The position numbers were made by a program, and so were the translations under genes. The notes under the pieces are model-generated. The model saw only the letters and a program-made list of their open reading frames with translations, did not search any database and had not been told where the DNA came from. A DNA stretch of 60,220 nt, the filler included, from Nemertoderma westbladi (Eukaryota; Animalia; Xenacoelomorpha): assembly GCA_032718475.1 (NCBI GenBank). It is 3 parts of 3 records of this genome, joined end to end, with 100 filler letters (N's around TTAATTAATTAA, not from the genome) between each part and the next. Parts side by side here need not be neighbours in the genome. Positions count along the whole stretch, not along the records: positions 1 to 18,919 come from JAUCBJ010006606.1; positions 19,020 to 38,158 come from JAUCBJ010007532.1; 1 more part is not named here. One strand, 5' to 3'. Each line of letters starts with the position of its first letter. Positions within the stretch are counted from its first letter, which is position 1. Shown in pieces: positions 12,347 through 24,420 of this stretch.

Positions 12347-12682
12347 CGGTGCGATCGTTACGGTGCGATCAAATCGGTGCGATCGTTACGGTGCGATCGT
12401 TACGGTGCGATCGTTACGGTGCGATCGTTACGGTGCGATCGTTACGGTGCGATCAAATCGGTGCGATCGTTACGGTGCGATCGTTACGGTGCGATCGTTA
12501 CGGTGCGATCGTTACGGTGCGATCGTTACGGTGCGATCGTTACGGTGCGATCAAATCGGTGCGATCGTTACGGTGCGATCGTTACGGTGCGATCGTTACG
12601 GTGCGATCAAATCGGTGCGATCGTTACGGTGCGATCGTTACGGTGCGATCGTTACGGTGCGATCGTTACGGTGCGATCGTTA
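12347..12682. repeat. 14-bp minisatellite x24
   Basis: CGGTGCGATCGTTA with interspersed variant CGGTGCGATCAAAT. Confidence 0.97.
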
Positions 12683-13268
12683 CTCAACCAAATACTAACT
12701 GTTTCATATTCCCTAGACGATGTTATACGATTTGTAAAAAAAAGTCAAGAAGTGTCAATTATCATTAGATGGGTTCAAACGGTATATATTTATTTAGCAT
12801 TTGAAAGGACATTATAAAGAACTGTAAGCCAATGTCAGCGGAAAGTTTATCGTTATTCTGCGGCTAGTTCTTCTATATTGGCTTCCGACCCACACACACT
12901 AAATGGCCACAGTTATTATAACTCGTCCCACATCATAATCATCTCACCCTAAACCAAAATACATATCATCTCATCTCCTCTGCATATTTTGTTGTAGTTT
13001 TCAAACATTTCTTTTGATATAATATTATATTTGTTTTGCATATATTTCATTTGCTGACTATGTACATATAGCTTTGGTGTGTTAGTTTACTTATATATTT
13101 ACTTGGTTAGGCCTAAGAGTTTTATAATAATGTTTTAGATTTGGACGAATGATAATAAATAAGTGATGTTGTAGAAGGTTGAAAAGTTATAGTTTTGTTT
13201 ACAATTGGGTTAGTTATGGGAATGCGTAACGCAGGAGCAGCTCGAAGGCTCCTATCTCTTGGCAGTTA

Positions 13269-14606
13269 CCTCTAAGGCATGGGGGTTGCCACTCTTATAC
13301 CCCGTCGTTGAATATTCATTCTATTCAACTTTTATCTTTGGCCCCCAACAGAAGCGACATGGTTGGTTACTGTTGTACAGAGATATATGTTGTTTTCAAA
13401 ACGATAGTTTGGGTAGTTCATGTTATAGAATTTGTTTCTGAAGTTCAAACTGTTGCAGTTTTGACACTGGAAGGACGTTATATATCACCTATACCAGAGG
13501 CTTCCTTTCTAAGAACGATTATCATTATGCAGTTCTTTAGTCTGCCGGTAGAGGGCAAAAATGCGTAAAAGACAATAAAATGATAAATTTGAATAATTGT
13601 CTACCAATTCGATAAAAAACACCATTTTTATTCGGTTTGTCAGTTTAAATAATGAGTTAAATTTGCCAACGTTTTATTTTATAAATCGTCTATTGTGAAT
13701 CACAGTTATGAGGGTAAATAACTAAATATGTGCCAATAAACCAAACTGACCAATCAGAGAGCAAGACTTGTGATAGCATTATTTTAACATTCCAGAATAT
13801 TAAATATCGGTTACCAATAATTATTAGAAACAAAGGACGGGCCCCAGGCATTTCTAGCTGGCGGTCATAATGACATATTATCGTTATACCATCACCATGG
13901 GTATAACTATATCGAATATTTTGATAGACTGTTATTCCCTCTAAGGCATGGGGGTTGCCACTCTTATACCCCGTCGTTGAATATTCATTCTATTCAACTT
14001 TTATCTTTGGCCCCCAACAGAAGCGACATGGTTGGTTACTGTTGTACAGAGATATATGTTGTTTTCAAAACGATAGTTTGGGTAGTTCATGTTATAGAAT
14101 TTGTTTCTGAAGTTCAAACTGTTGCAGTTTTGACACTGGAAGGACGTTATATATCACCTATACCAGAGGCTTCCTTTCTAAGAACGATTATCATTATGCA
14201 GTTCTTTAGTCTGCCGGTAGAGGGCAAAAATGCGTAAAAGACAATAAAATGATAAATTTGAATAATTGTCTACCAATTCGATAAAAAACACCATTTTTAT
14301 TCGGTTTGTCAGTTTAAATAATGAGTTAAATTTGCCAACGTTTTATTTTATAAATCGTCTATTGTGAATCACAGTTATGAGGGTAAATAACTAAATATGT
14401 GCCAATAAACCAAACTGACCAATCAGAGAGCAAGACTTGTGATAGCATTATTTTAACATTCCAGAATATTAAATATCGGTTACCAATAATTATTAGAAAC
14501 AAAGGACGGGCCCCAGGCATTTCTAGCTGGCGGTCATAATGACATATTATCGTTATACCATCACCATGGGTATAACTATATCGAATATTTTGATAGACTG
14601 TTATTC
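13269..14606. repeat. 669-bp tandem duplication, apparently identical copies
   Basis: 13269-13937 repeated at 13938-14606; identical 86-aa ORFs at 13308 and 13977. Confidence 0.95.
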
Positions 14607-15644
14607 CCTTTACTCACATACCAAATCTCATGAACAGGACCCTCGTCGTCTTTAATTACAGGCGAGCAAAGTTTGAACTTTGCACCCGTTTACGACAACA
14701 ACAATATAACAATTCCGGAAACACATTTTATTACATTTCTATGAATGAACCCTACTCCTCATAACCACCTAACAAAAGTAGCATATAAGGAAATATTATG
14801 AAAATACATAGTGCCATAACAGGGAAACGACCGGCCTCCGATAATTTCACCAATCCGCTCGCTGCATGACCTGTTATTTAGTACACCTTAGTTATGATAT
14901 ATATAACCACTAAAAACGTGCCTACATACTACTGTACGTATACTATTACTTATAACAGTATTGTAGCAGTAAGTAATAAGTTTTTGGCTCCGAGGGTATT
15001 GTTATTTTGCCAACAGCTATCAGTTTCTTCCAGTCCTGGTAGGCCTACTAATTATATTGTAGATCCAGCAGAAGTCAATGCATATATTTGTGTAGGCCTT
15101 TCTTTGTGTAGGACAGTACTACATTTCTACAGTTTGCCGCTAGAGGTCGAAATATCTGAACGTGTAACCCTTATCCAATTTCGTTATATGTTATACGTTA
15201 AGCTGAAACTTGGCAGATACTGTATAGTGCTGGCCATATCCCTCCTGTAGGCAAAACGTTCCATGGTGGTCAAACTTATTTTAAAAAATGTGTTTTTCGG
15301 GGTATTTGGGTATGTTGATTCTAATAATGATGTTAAAAAGTTACTTTTCGTATCACCAAAGCCGTACCCTGGTACCGGAAAGTTTGCAAAATTTCTCAGT
15401 GAAAAATAAAAAATTCAACCTTAACTTCCTTATTATTATAATATAAACAGATAAATGATGCCTATTGCACTTTTCAACATGTTTTCATACGTTATAGTCC
15501 TTATGCATGCAAATATTACTTTGTTTCTGGTTTTTTTAAAAAAAAATTTCAAAATCCCCCCCCCCCCCCCCCCCCCTAGTAATCCGTGGGTTAAGGATGC
15601 TGCGGCAGTCCAGCCGTCATTCCAGCACAGCAAAGTTCTGCCCC

Positions 15645-15850
15645 GGTGTAACAGATAACGCGAATAGCAGTTGATAACTCTCAAAAATAAAACTGTAACC
15701 TGTTCTATTGTGTTTAGTTTATTGTTTTGGTTAAAATAACGTGCCACTGTAACCTGCTCCTTTCCCTAAATTGAGAATTTAACATTTATGCGGGATATTA
15801 ATTCGCCAAGACGGGATTTGCGTCCAGCCCCCCCCCCCCCCCCCCCCCTC
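15645..15850 (+). mobile_element. Partial copy of polyG/polyC MITE
   Basis: Near-identical to 42310-42500. Confidence 0.85.
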
Positions 15851-16319
15851 TCCAATTTTTAGGGGGGTGGAAATTCTCTGCTACACCGGTACACTTAACG
15901 TTTAAATGTTTATGCCAATAAATTTTATAGAAATGGATTCTAAGAACATTAATGAAACTCATCTGGGGTGATTGGACTAGAAACCGCAAACGTCCTTTTT
16001 TTATATATATCAGCTATCCCTGCAACATGATCGCAACTCTCTATCGGTACATTACCAACAAAACACTATAAGATTGAACAATAACTGCTGTGTAATTGGT
16101 GACATATCACTGTGCTGTAGCTAAGGAAAAAAAATATAGAGGTAAGATAAAAAAGATAAAAGCCCACCACAATAATATTTCAGAATATTTATCAGCCTAT
16201 AATATCATGGACTCTGAACATAAACTTCTAGAGTTGATGAGGTCAAAAATTATTTGGAAAACTGTTGTGTTGGTGTTTAATTAATGTATTTAATTTAATT
16301 ATGTACTTTAATTTACCTT

Positions 16320-16504
16320 TATTATAGGAAGGGATCTAGGGGTCTTAACCTCGAATGATAAGTTTATTTTACCGAAAATAACTTATCTTTTATTGGCGCA
16401 ATTGTAGGACTAATCCCATCATATGCGTACTTTTTAACCGGGTAGTTTACAAATTTAGGAATCGCGTAATTTTTCTTGAAATTAATATCTCATATCTCTC
16501 CAAA
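16320..16504 (-). mobile_element. Truncated copy of the hammerhead element arm
   Basis: Near-identical to 38549-38734; stops just before the ribozyme core. Confidence 0.9.
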
Positions 16505-17141
16505 TTTTATTTACCTCTTAATTTACCTATAACTTTAATTACCTTATTTAATTTCATTCTTTAGTATGGTAATTAATTTAGTAATTGTTTTTTACAGTTT
16601 GAACTCGTGGTTGACCTTTTGTTGGTCCATAAAATACTATAATACAGTAAGTGACATGTACCCTGTACGTAGGCCTACCGATTGCTCAATTGGCTGCTGA
16701 ATGATAAGCTGAGTTCTAATCGCAGTCCCCTCCATATTTTTTCGCTACCCAAACAGGAAAAACAAACACAAAATTTAAATTGTAATCTCAAATTTTGGGT
16801 AACACTGAAAAATACACCCCATAATATTAAATTATTTCGATCGCCATTTCCTTCCAAAAATTACAAAAGAATTTCATACAATAATGTCAGATGGACCCAC
16901 AACAACCTTAGCCAATTTACCATTTTCTTAGTAAAAACTATATTTTTTGACAATATTTTTTTAAAGATAAACATTGATATGGGAAGTACAGTATCTAAAA
17001 TTTCTAAAGCTGTATTCTATTCAACCATTACATGCTGTTAATGTTCACAAATGTTTTAAAAAAATGTTGAGTTGTAGTGGGTGATTTTACCATATATTTC
17101 CGAGTGTTTTTAGCCTGATTGACTATATTATATACAATAAT

Positions 17142-17355
17142 TGTAGGCCGACCTGTTCGGTAGTTACTCCTGTAGGCCTACCTGTTCGGTAGTTACTCCT
17201 GTAGGCCTACCTGTTCGGTAGTTACTCCTGTAGGCCTACCTGTTCGGTAGTTACTCCTGTAGGCCTACCTGTTCGGTAGTTACTCCTGTAGGCCTACCTG
17301 TTCGGTAGTTACTCCTGTAGGCCTACATGTTCGGTAGTTACTCCTGTAGGCCTAC
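17142..17355. repeat. 29-bp minisatellite, ~7 copies
   Basis: ACCTGTTCGGTAGTTACTCCTGTAGGCCT. Confidence 0.97.
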
Positions 17356-17569
17356 GCTGAATTATATTTACAATAGGCCTTGTCTCCGGTATAATTTATT
17401 GATAAATATTTAAAATTTGATAATGAGTTAACAAATTTATGTATTGAAAGATAAATCCAATGGTTAGGGTATAATCGTAAAGAAGGAACCAACAGACTAT
17501 GTACCCTATTTTCTTGAAGTTAAACAAGATAACTGCACTGGGAGAGAGTTAGCATTTTTATTTAGATAC

Positions 17570-17860
17570 CTATCACTGTTTGCATTGCTATTCATTATTT
17601 AATGACAAAGGAAATTTAGAGACACATATATAGAATCGGTTCATAAAGACGTACATACTAAGTATAAATGCGATTATTGTGAGAAACTGTTCAAGTGCAA
17701 GGGTAATAAAGATAAGCATGTCGACTCTATCCATAAAGATGTCAAACATAAAATGCTGTTATTGTAATAAAGAATTCAGTTACAAAAGCAACCTAAAGCG
17801 CCACATCAAATATGCCCATTAAGGTATCAAATAAAGCTGCTTCGATTGCGGAAAAGTTTT
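17570..17860 (+). pseudogene. Decayed C2H2 zinc-finger array (3.5 fingers)
   Basis: YHCLHCYSLFNDKGNLETHI/ESVH; YKCDYCEKLFKCKGNKDKHVDSIH; CCYCNKEFSYKSNLKRHIKYAH*; SCFDCGKV; two frameshifts and two stops. Confidence 0.8.
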
Positions 17861-18295
17861 GATACCAAATCCGGAAGATATGTCGACTAGTGCTGCGAAC
17901 TGAAAGAAAATTTGTCTAGTTTCGGTTTCATTTCCAGATTAAGTTCGAATAAACATGTTAATTTCAATTCATGCTCCAGTTCCCAAAAAGAATAATTTCA
18001 GTTTCAGTTCTAATAAACATATTTATTTCAGTTACCGTTTCGGTTCCAGTTCCCAAAAAGAAACAGTTTCAGTTCTAGCTTCATACATTTTTGCAAGTGT
18101 CTTGTTAACATAACCGGCACATAAGCTACCGTGGCGAATTGTTTGGTACCAATGGATCCGACACCATTTATTAAATTTTCATGAAAATAACTGGAATTTG
18201 TAAGCTGTAAAAAGTGAGCGGCCATGTGAAGAATACGAATACCAGGTTTTCACTTTTCGGTCGAAATTCTCTTATCTATATAATATAATTATGGA

Positions 18296-18919
18296 GTGAT
18301 AGCGTTATCTTCATTATTGATAAAGGTGTTTGAGTGGGTTATGTTAATTTCACAAGGCGATAAAGTTAACATTGACGAGCTCCAGTTTGGTTTCCAGAAA
18401 GGAGTACAACTAGCTGTACGTGGGCGGCAAAAGAAGTCATTTCACATTATTCTCGTTTCTCCACCCCAGTATACGGTTGTTTCTTAGACCTTTCGAAAGC
18501 ATTCGATATGGTGGACTGTGTGTCGTTATTTATTGAACTGTTAAAGAAAGGTTTCTCGGTATTGTTTGTTAGGGTGCTTTTATGGTTGTACTACGAACAA
18601 TCCTGTTGCATCAAGTGGGGGAATAGTTTATCTGAGTCTTTTTCGGTTTCGAACGGGGTCAGGCAGGGGTCTGTCGCTTCGCCAATTTTATTTTGCATTG
18701 TTGTGGATAAACTTATTTCGGCTCTTAGGAAGTCTAAGGTTGGATGTTTCATCAGCTCAGTATATGTAGGTATATTGGCATACGCCGATGACTTATTGTT
18801 ACTATGCCCTTCAATTGGGGCTCTCCAATTTATGATTTCGATATGTGGGGAGTTCTTTTTGAAATATAATCTCAAGTTTAGCCGGGACAGCGACCCAGCG
18901 AAGAGTAAATCAAAGTGAA
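18296..18919 (+). mobile_element. Non-LTR retrotransposon reverse transcriptase fragment, frameshifted, cut by gap
   Basis: LQFGFQKG, CFLDLSKAFDMV, NGVRQGSVASPILF, LAYADDLLL. Confidence 0.9.
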
Positions 18920-19019
18920 NNNNNNNNNNNNNNNNNNNNNNNNNNNNNNNNNNNNNNNNNNNNTTAATTAATTAANNNNNNNNNNNNNNNNNNNNNNNNN
19001 NNNNNNNNNNNNNNNNNNN
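18920..19019. other. Assembly gap/artificial linker
   Basis: 44 N + TTAATTAATTAA + 44 N. Confidence 0.97.
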
Positions 19020-19660
19020 CCTACAGATGTACCGGTTCAGGTTTACCGGTTGACCGGTACTTTCAACTTTATTGCTTACTGCAATAAAGAAGCTATATCC
19101 TTTAATGTTCGCGCTTTCAGACCTTTGGCAGTTTAACCCACCAAATTAAGATGTCTTCTAGATATTAAATCGGTTTTTAGTCTATGACAAGTATTTGATT
19201 CACTACACTAGTCGAAACCAATCTGTGCGCGATCATTCACCCGCTGGATATTCCCGGGAGATTGGGTTCGACGGTTTAATTTTATTGCTATGTAGGCCTA
19301 ATGTATTATTCGACTGACAGTATTATATAATCTCTGACAATATTATTCACCTTCGGGAATATTAACAGTTCCTTTAGGACATGGCGCTTTATCTATATAA
19401 ACAGAGTTATGACTTAAACTACTCACAACGATATGGCTTAATTATAATTCACATATATGGCGCATTCTTTAGGAATTGCTTCTTTAACAGACTCACTCAT
19501 ACACAATGCTGCACAATACTGCACACTAATCTGCCAATCTTCACTGATTTTAGTCACATATAAAAGGAACACAGACTGAATCATGTAGGGTCTATCAAAT
19601 AACATTAGATTCACTTCAAACCACTTTAACATAAGTCACAATCGTTTATCTGTAACCCTT

Positions 19661-20310
19661 CTCTCTTACCTTCGGTATATCAAGAATATTGGGTTTCGGG
19701 GTTATTTATCGTTATTCCAAATATAATAATTCATCAACCATATTATGAAGAACTGACAGTAAATAGCAGTATAAAACAACAACTGAACACTGATTGTTAT
19801 GAGTTTGCAATGTTTCAGCAGTCAGTATGTATGATCAGTTAGCAGTGATTCCATGAGTTAAAGGATATATGTCCTTATAATTAAACCTACTAGTGTAAGA
19901 CTAAAAACTGAAACACGGAGGTGCCAAAAGCCGGTTCTTAGGCTCTGGGCAAAAACATAACACTGAACTACTGAGTTTCTGTATATACCTCCAACACAGA
20001 GACAACAAACGCTCTGATTGGTCAACCTGAACAACGAGAGAACAAAGAAACAAAGGAACGTCGACGTGGCAATATCAGCTGCTAGCCGTCGTCATGGTAG
20101 CGACACTGTTTTCAAGAGTATCGAGCTTTTACGTCACAGAATTACGGATTATGTCCTCTAAAGTACAAATACAGAAGAAATAGCTTTTATGTCCGCTAAA
20201 ACACCAGTACAGCAAGGACACGGCCTTTTCATGCCTGGTAAACCAACTACAGAGTATTTTACGGGAAAATAAGGAAAAATAACCGGACAATTCAGCAAAA
20301 GCTTTTACAG
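19661..20310. repeat. Dispersed repeat, copy 2 (probably extends further left)
   Basis: Homologous to 1-659. Confidence 0.85.
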
Positions 20311-21640
20311 ATATCTCAAAAACTTTTCAAAAACGTTTGTTTTGAAGGTGTCTACCCCCACTAAATCGGTCATTGCGGTTCTAAGAAGCACAATATTAAT
20401 GTAGTGGGAAAGCTTAAAGTTGGCCATTGCGAAAATTTAGAATTATCATCACTTGCGCCAAATGGTAGGTTCTGGCCATTTGCCTGTGGTACTAGTTCCC
20501 TTGATCCAAAAACTAAAATTTTGGTATCTAACTAAGTTTGGACCCATTTGATGACATTTGATGCATTCAGGAAGTTCTTTTTTGAGTCATTGACCCTTCA
20601 TTAATGTGTTATATTGCTATAAATTTCATTATGGTGCATCGCGATGGCTCAAAATTTCAACCCTCTTGGGATCCGTGAAGATATAGACGAAATTTAAAGA
20701 AATTTTTTTTCCTTCTTTTTTTTTACCATTTGGCAACTTTTGTGCACCGGTAGAACAATGAAATAAAAAAACGTGTTTGGTTTCTATAATTGTTGAAAAA
20801 TAAAAAGACAATACTTTAGAGTTGTAAAATTTACTAATATTTTAGATAACAGTATTTTAGAATTTAAAATTTTTCCTGTGGATTTCGTCTAATCTGTTAG
20901 AATTTAGCGAGACAGAAATGAAGTAAAATATTTTGGATTTATTTTTTAAATTTGAATACAATAAGATAGAGTGAGGGAAGGATATAGTAAAGGATTTTTT
21001 GAGTATATGGAATTAGTGGAGACCTATTATATAAAATAAAATACAATAAAATTACAAGTAGTGCACAATTTTCACAAAATTTGAAAGTTACATTTTCGGC
21101 TAATTATTTTTAGATACAGGTTTTCTGGGGTGCAAAATACATTGGAAAATATTTAAAAATGATATGATTACTATAAATGGCTGTTTAGTCCTCACTGCGT
21201 AGGAAAGAAATGAAAAAAACAAGTAACCAGCACTTTTCAGTTAGAACACAAAATTTTTAATTCACTTATACGATGCTATAAAATCACATTTTCAGGTTTT
21301 CGAGGGCGCTGATTCTAATGGAATACATTTCTAATATGCCAGATCATTGCTACTTGTATTTTTCGACGTAATTTGGCAAATTTTGGTGATAGCACCAAAT
21401 TTCGTACCCATCACCAAAAAGTACAAGTTTGCGATGTCCAGTGCTGTTTTTATTGATTCCATCGCATTCAGGACCCTCATAAACCCGTATAACGCAAGAA
21501 ACATAGTGATACTATCTACTGATAAATTTGCATATTTTCTAAAATTTGGTGATGGCACAACAATTTTCACCCACCGGCGAAAAATACAAGTTTGAGAACT
21601 CTTATGAAATTTTTACTGATTCCATTGAATCAATCTTATT

Positions 21641-22258
21641 GGAACTTGACAATAATTGACAATAATAATCAACTAAGGAAGGTTGACGACTTCCAGTACG
21701 GGTCATGGATAGAGAGTAGCAAAAAAGACATAGAAGTTAGGAAAGCAAAGGCATGGGTAGCTCTATCAAAAATGGATACCATCTGGAAATCAGATCTCCC
21801 CAGGCACCTTAAAACTAAATTATTTCGAGCCACAGTGGAAAGTGTACTTTTATACGGGTGTGAGACCTGGACACTGACTAAATCACTTGAACAACGAATT
21901 GATGGTTGCTACACAAGACTTCTAAGGGCAGCCCTAAACATCAGCTGGAGACAAAACAAGACAGACGCCGAGCTCTATGGTACTATACCACCTGTATCAA
22001 CCACCCTCCGTGAACGCAGATTAAGATTCGGTGGACACTGCTGGCGAAGTAAAGACGAGGTCATACCAGATCTACTTTTCTGGCAACCAACTCAAGGAAA
22101 GCGTAGTTGTGGACGACCGACCATAACATATATAGATCAACTTGAAAGGGATACTGAACTTGGGAGAAACGAAATTGCGACAACTATGGAGAATCGGGAA
22201 GCCTGGAAGGATCTCATTTCCACTGTCCGAGTTCGCTCGACCTAGTAGTAGTAGTAGT
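21641..22258 (+). mobile_element. 5'-truncated RTE LINE copy with (TAG)n tail
   Basis: Protein nearly identical to the C-terminus of ORF 24440-27370; ends CGCTCGACC(TAG)n. Confidence 0.93.
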
Positions 22259-22514
22259 CGCCCCTCGATCTGACCCCCCCCCCCCCCCCCCCCCTCGCTG
22301 CGCTCCGTCTTTAGATAACAGAATCTCGGGGTAAACGGAATAAATTGTTATTTGAAAACAAATTTCGTGTTCTTTCATCTATTAATTTATTTTATTTTAA
22401 TGTTATTATTAATATTTTGATTTCATTTTAACTTATGTTGATTAGTATATCTTTCATTGTTTTCTATTTGTATTGATTTATTTGGTTATTATGGTTCGGT
22501 GGATAAAATATATA

Positions 22515-22790
22515 AAGTTATCTAAAAGCTTATAGCCGTGAATGTGAAACTCACAGGAGGCAACCCGAAGACTCATCGATATTTTCTGGTATCTGTAAGG
22601 CACATTTACTCCCAATGTTGAATACTCATCACTAGCCAACCTCTTTCTTTACTCCCCCAAGATTCCAGATTCCCATATCGCTGTACTGACGTACCAGTTA
22701 CGAAATTTAAACTGACTCAGTCCGGGTTCGAACTCGCTACCTCTCATATAGAGGGAAGGGAGTATCACCTCCACAAGATAGACTGAAAGT
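22515..22790 (-). mobile_element. Diverged tRNA-derived SINE
   Basis: Minus-strand B box GAGTTCGAACCC, then AGTCAGTT..AATTTCGTAACTGG core shared with 23130-23152, tail GAGTCTTCGGGTTGCCTCC shared with 3497. Confidence 0.6.
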
Positions 22791-23089
22791 AAATTTGAAA
22801 GTAAACGGAGCAATGTTGTGTGATTATCTGGCGGCGATGCGCTGCGTACGGCAAGTATTAAATCACTGCATTACGGTTGGGGTTATTTAATACCTGGCGG
22901 CAACATACTCCACGGCAAATATTGTAATATTATATATAGTATGTAGTCGGGGTAATAAGTATCTGAGTTGCAATCTATACGGCGGTAGTGTAAGATTAAA
23001 TGCAAACCTGAAACTTATTATGAGTGACATTATTCATCTAGTAACTCATTCACCATGGCGACTAGTGAATGAGTCACACATTTGATCTC

Positions 23090-23297
23090 CAGCTTTGAGG
23101 TCCCGTGTTTGAGTTCGAGTTCGTTGACAAGTCAGTTATAATTTCGTAACTGGAAAGTCGAAGCCGCAATAAGGGAACCTGGGATACTTGGTGACTGAAG
23201 AATGGGGTTGGATTGGGAGAGTATTGAACTTTGGGAGTTAATGTGGCGACCTCTCTACCTGTCAGATAACTGCTAAGAGAGAGAGAGAGAGAGAGAG
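23090..23297 (+). mobile_element. Diverged SINE copy ending in (GA)n
   Basis: Shares core with 22515-22790 (inverted) and 3440-3490. Confidence 0.55.
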
Positions 23298-23755
23298 TAT
23301 TATTTGAATGCTTTAAATTCTTCGTTTTACATCGACTGATATCTATTCTTAAATTATGCCACTTATTGACAGAAACGTTGATAGAATTGGGGAATAAATT
23401 GACTAAATTTCCAACTGAATAAAAGTTAACAAAATATATCAAAAATGGGTCGATTCAGACACCAATAAATAATGTTTTGGTAAATAGAAATAACAAATTC
23501 GGTTTTAGGTTCAATTCGGTTGGAACTCAGTTAGCAAACTATAAATACTCAATGTTATATTTTGTTTATGTTTGTTTGTTAATGTAACTGATATATTTAA
23601 TTAAAGTTTAAAGAGTCAATGAATTGGTTTATTTAGTTTCATTTATATGAAGATAAATTACACGAAATAATTGTCATGGTGACCATAATCTATTTTTATC
23701 TCTATTGTGTTTAAAATTCTGTGAATCAGAATCTGTAATGAGAAGCGATAAATAT

Positions 23756-24010
23756 TTAGGAGCCCGCTCAACAGGCGGGATACTTACTGTAAAAATCTGC
23801 GGGATACTTACTGTAAAAATCTTAGAATATATAACACTGACTGACTGACTGATAATTATCAAGGTTCAGGCACTTCCTGCCTGGCGATTTTGTTGACATT
23901 TTAAAAGTAAATTGCTTTGGTGGTTCATAATCGCGTTACAAAATCTCAGATCGATTCTATGTGTGGTATTCGATATATTTCGTTTTTTGAAATTATTTTG
24001 TCGCGAAATT
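23756..24010. repeat. Dispersed repeat with (CTGA)n, Helentron/HINE-like
   Basis: Second copy at 27641-27875; starts TTAGGAGCCCG..GCGGG with internal CTGACTGACTGA. Confidence 0.75.
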
Positions 24011-24420
24011 AAAAGCAATGGTAAAGTAACAACTCCTCCCTGAGCTGCTGCAGCAGCTAGCTGTGTAGGAATGGTTGAGTGCAGGGCTGCCTGAGATAGA
24101 ATTCCATCAATGCAGAATTTATTGTCTTTGAATACGCCCCTTCTGCTGCTGGCTGCTGGCTGAGTCTACACATCCTTTATCAGTTCTCAGGGATAGACAG
24201 AAAATAGTTGAGTTGTCAATGAACAAAATAAAATATAAAACTGCAGTAGGATTATATTATTATTCCACGAATCATTGGGCTAATTATTTTGTATAGGATA
24301 TATGTAGAAAGTTCTTAAAAATAATATTCTTATTTTTATTATTACATAGGATTAGCATTATTTTTTAGCTGAAGCATTAATAGTGTAAATTAATTTATTT
24401 ATATTTTAATACCATTACTA

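Noticed and set aside
12336-12817. Repetitive ORFs (RSLRCDRYGAIVTV; also 28873-29247 and the TTDNRQP tail at 35800-35884)
   Set aside because: Translations of minisatellites or intronic repeats
18964-18975. TTAATTAATTAA as a biological motif
   Set aside because: Identical in both gaps, centred in Ns, gives stops in all six frames: an assembly linker
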